Below are positions 5,901 through 7,485 of a DNA stretch of 7,485 bases, in pieces. The DNA lies in contig CAYWGS010000070.1 of the NCBI GenBank assembly GCA_964457525.1, positions 1-7,485 on the forward strand. Reading direction: 5' to 3'. The DNA is from an uncultured Erysipelotrichaceae bacterium (lineage in GTDB: Bacteria > Bacillota_I > Bacilli_A > Erysipelotrichales > Erysipelotrichaceae). Positions within the stretch are counted from its first letter, which is position 1. Every line of letters begins with the position of its first letter. Made by a program: the position numbers and the translations under genes. Under the pieces are notes generated by a model that made no database searches, was not told where the DNA came from, and saw nothing but the letters and a program-made list of their open reading frames with translations.

Positions 5901-7350
5901 TTTGTTCCTCCTTTTGAACAATTACTTTTCTAAGTATATCTATTGCAGCGGCATCATCACCCATCCAGTATTCTTTCCCATACTGACGAGTAATATATCG
6001 TTCATTCCCTTTGGCAAGAATGAGTACCGTATCATTGGTATTGGCTAATTCTAATGCTTGAGAAATCGCATCATAACGATCTAAAACAATAATATAATTA
6101 TTCTCTTTGATCCCATTCGCAATTTCTTGAGCGATTTGCAGTGCAGATTCATTTCTTGGATCTTCTTCAGTTAAGATAATCATTTGACAATACTTATCAC
6201 TGATACTACCCAAAATAGGACGTTTCTTACTATCTCTTTTACCCGCAGATCCAAAAACACTTATAATCTTGTTATTGGGTGATGTAATTGATTGAGCAAA
6301 TTCAAATATCTTCTCAAATCCATCCGGTGTATGCGCGTAGTCTACAATAACATTAAACTTTTGACCTTCTTGTATAACTTCCATTCTTCCATCAACTTGC
6401 GGTAATTTATTAAGATAATCAGTCATATCTTCAATACTAATTCCATTTTGATGTAAAGACGCAATAACTGCTAATAGGTTTGATAAATTGAACTCAGAAA
6501 CAAAATTTGTTTCTAATTGATATTCTTTACCACTAACTATTAAAGTAAATTTTGTCGATAAGGGACTAAGAATAATATCTTTAGCTTGATAATCTGCTTC
6601 GTTATAAATACTATAGCTGTATTTTCGTGTGTTTATTTCACTAAATAACCGTGCTCCATATGGATCATCAATATTAACAATGGAACACCCCTTAGGTTTA
6701 ACCAATGAAAATAGTTTCTTTTTAGCTTGATAATAATTCTCAAGATTCCCATGATAATCTAAATGATCATGTGTTAAGTTTGTAAAAATCGCTACATCAA
6801 ATCTTAATGCATCTACTCGATGTTGATCTAAACCTTGACTCGATACTTCAAGAGCACACGCTTCCATATCCGCTTTTAACATTCGTCTTAACATCTTTAA
6901 TGTAGGTACTGTCTCATCCGTCGTAAAATCAGGTTTTTCCTTATGAATACCATATTCAATTGAAATTGTCCCACTATAACCACTCGGTTTCCAATTACAT
7001 AGTAATTCTTTTATTGTTTTAGCGATTGTACTTTTACCATTTGTTCCAGTGACACCAAACATCAATAGTTTTGAACTGGGGTTATGGAAAAATATGGATG
7101 CACTTCGATTTAATTCGTCAATAACATTATCTACTTTGATGTATTCGATGCCATCTACTTTGTCTATTTCTTCACTATGAACAATTGCGATTGCTCCATT
7201 CTTAATTGCTTGATGAACAAAATGATGTCCATCATGAACCATGCCTTTTAAACAGAAAAAGAGCGAATTCTTTTGTTCAATTCTAGAATCCGTCATAAAC
7301 TCTTTAATTTCGATGGCTGGTGCATCATTAAATAATCGATTCAGTTTCAT
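5878..7350 (-). CDS. murE: UDP-N-acetylmuramoyl-L-alanyl-D-glutamate--(diamino acid) ligase MurE; position-3 amino-acid specificity not callable
   Basis: I moved the start to the ATG at 7350 ([11 protein letters not shown]...), which matches the usual MurE N-terminus. The track start at 7368 is a TTG. The product is 490 aa. Mur ligase motifs are present: [10 protein letters not shown] (P-loop), [20 protein letters not shown] and [13 protein letters not shown]. The specificity motif reads EDPR rather than DNPR. Confidence 0.92.
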   Translation of the reverse strand: MKLNRLFNDAPAIEIKEFMTDSRIEQKNSLFFCLKGMVHDGHHFVHQAIKNGAIAIVHSEEIDKVDGIEYIKVDNVIDELNRSASIFFHNPSSKLLMFGVTGTNGKSTIAKTIKELLCNWKPSGYSGTISIEYGIHKEKPDFTTDETVPTLKMLRRMLKADMEACALEVSSQGLDQHRVDALRFDVAIFTNLTHDHLDYHGNLENYYQAKKKLFSLVKPKGCSIVNIDDPYGARLFSEINTRKYSYSIYNEADYQAKDIILSPLSTKFTLIVSGKEYQLETNFVSEFNLSNLLAVIASLHQNGISIEDMTDYLNKLPQVDGRMEVIQEGQKFNVIVDYAHTPDGFEKIFEFAQSITSPNNKIISVFGSAGKRDSKKRPILGSISDKYCQMIILTEEDPRNESALQIAQEIANGIKENNYIIVLDRYDAISQALELANTNDTVLILAKGNERYITRQYGKEYWMGDDAAAIDILRKVIVQKEEQNDLQPIY

Positions 7351-7485
7351 GTTCTTCTCTTTCTGCAATTAAATAATCATCTTTTACATCAATTACTTTA
7401 CAACGAATAATCTGATTAATCAAATTAGATGAACCTTTAACCAATACTGGCAAGTATTGACTTGAATATCCAAATAGATATCCAT
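7328..7485 (-). CDS. C-terminal fragment of a TRAM-domain radical-SAM methylthiotransferase (MtaB/MiaB family; the start lies beyond the window end)
   Basis: The open frame runs from the window edge and reads [51 protein letters not shown]. The G-[YH]-[ST]-x-x-Y-x-x-V...V.I......L.AE pattern is typical of the C-terminal TRAM beta-barrel. In B. subtilis, mtaB (yqeV) lies just upstream of rpsU, which supports MtaB. Only 51 aa are visible. Confidence 0.5.
   Translation of the reverse strand, partial: GYLFGYSSQYLPVLVKGSSNLINQIIRCKVIDVKDDYLIAEREEHETESII

Noticed and set aside
1-7485. A search for a hidden accessory or defence system, mobile element, CRISPR array, tRNA/rRNA, toxin-antitoxin pair or orphan small-protein cluster.
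   Set aside because: Coding density is very high. Every ORF of at least about 60 codons has a confident housekeeping or Pho-regulon assignment. The intergenic gaps are at most 78 nt and are accounted for by promoters, SD sequences and two hairpins. I saw no terminal inverted repeats, integrase or transposase motifs, spaced repeat arrays or strand switches. This was checked by eye only, so subtle dispersed repeats could have been missed.

Overview
This AT-rich window reads as ordinary core genome from a low-GC Bacillota-type organism; the taxon cannot be fixed from sequence alone. It uses the standard genetic code: TGA terminates murE, and the Trp codons I checked are TGG. All ten coding regions lie on the minus strand with almost no non-coding space. 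In transcription order (high to low coordinates) they are:
- the 3' end of a TRAM-domain methylthiotransferase (mtaB-like), then murE and deoC, joined by two 23-nt overlaps;
- a near-consensus sigma-A promoter, rpsU (ribosomal protein S21, absent from the supplied ORF track) and a short terminator;
- phoH, an OmpR-type response regulator and a histidine kinase (phoP/phoR-like), joined by 8-nt and 11-nt overlaps;
- pstS, pstC and the first 25 codons of pstA.

Several track ORFs begin too far upstream, so I re-called starts for pstS, phoP, deoC and murE from Shine-Dalgarno placement and N-terminal homology. I found no rRNA, tRNA, CRISPR array, mobile element, long repeat, toxin-antitoxin or defence-like cassette, and no unexplained gap that could hold a new system.

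The observations worth a second look are modest:
- PstS has its phosphate-binding motifs in circularly permuted order relative to E. coli and B. subtilis PstS.
- phoH is detached from its usual ybeY neighbourhood and translationally coupled to phoP-phoR-pst.
- A helically phased TTAACA-like repeat array (candidate Pho boxes) spans the phoR stop codon upstream of pstS.
- The PhoR-like kinase has essentially no extracytoplasmic domain.
- MurE carries EDPR in place of the DNPR specificity motif.
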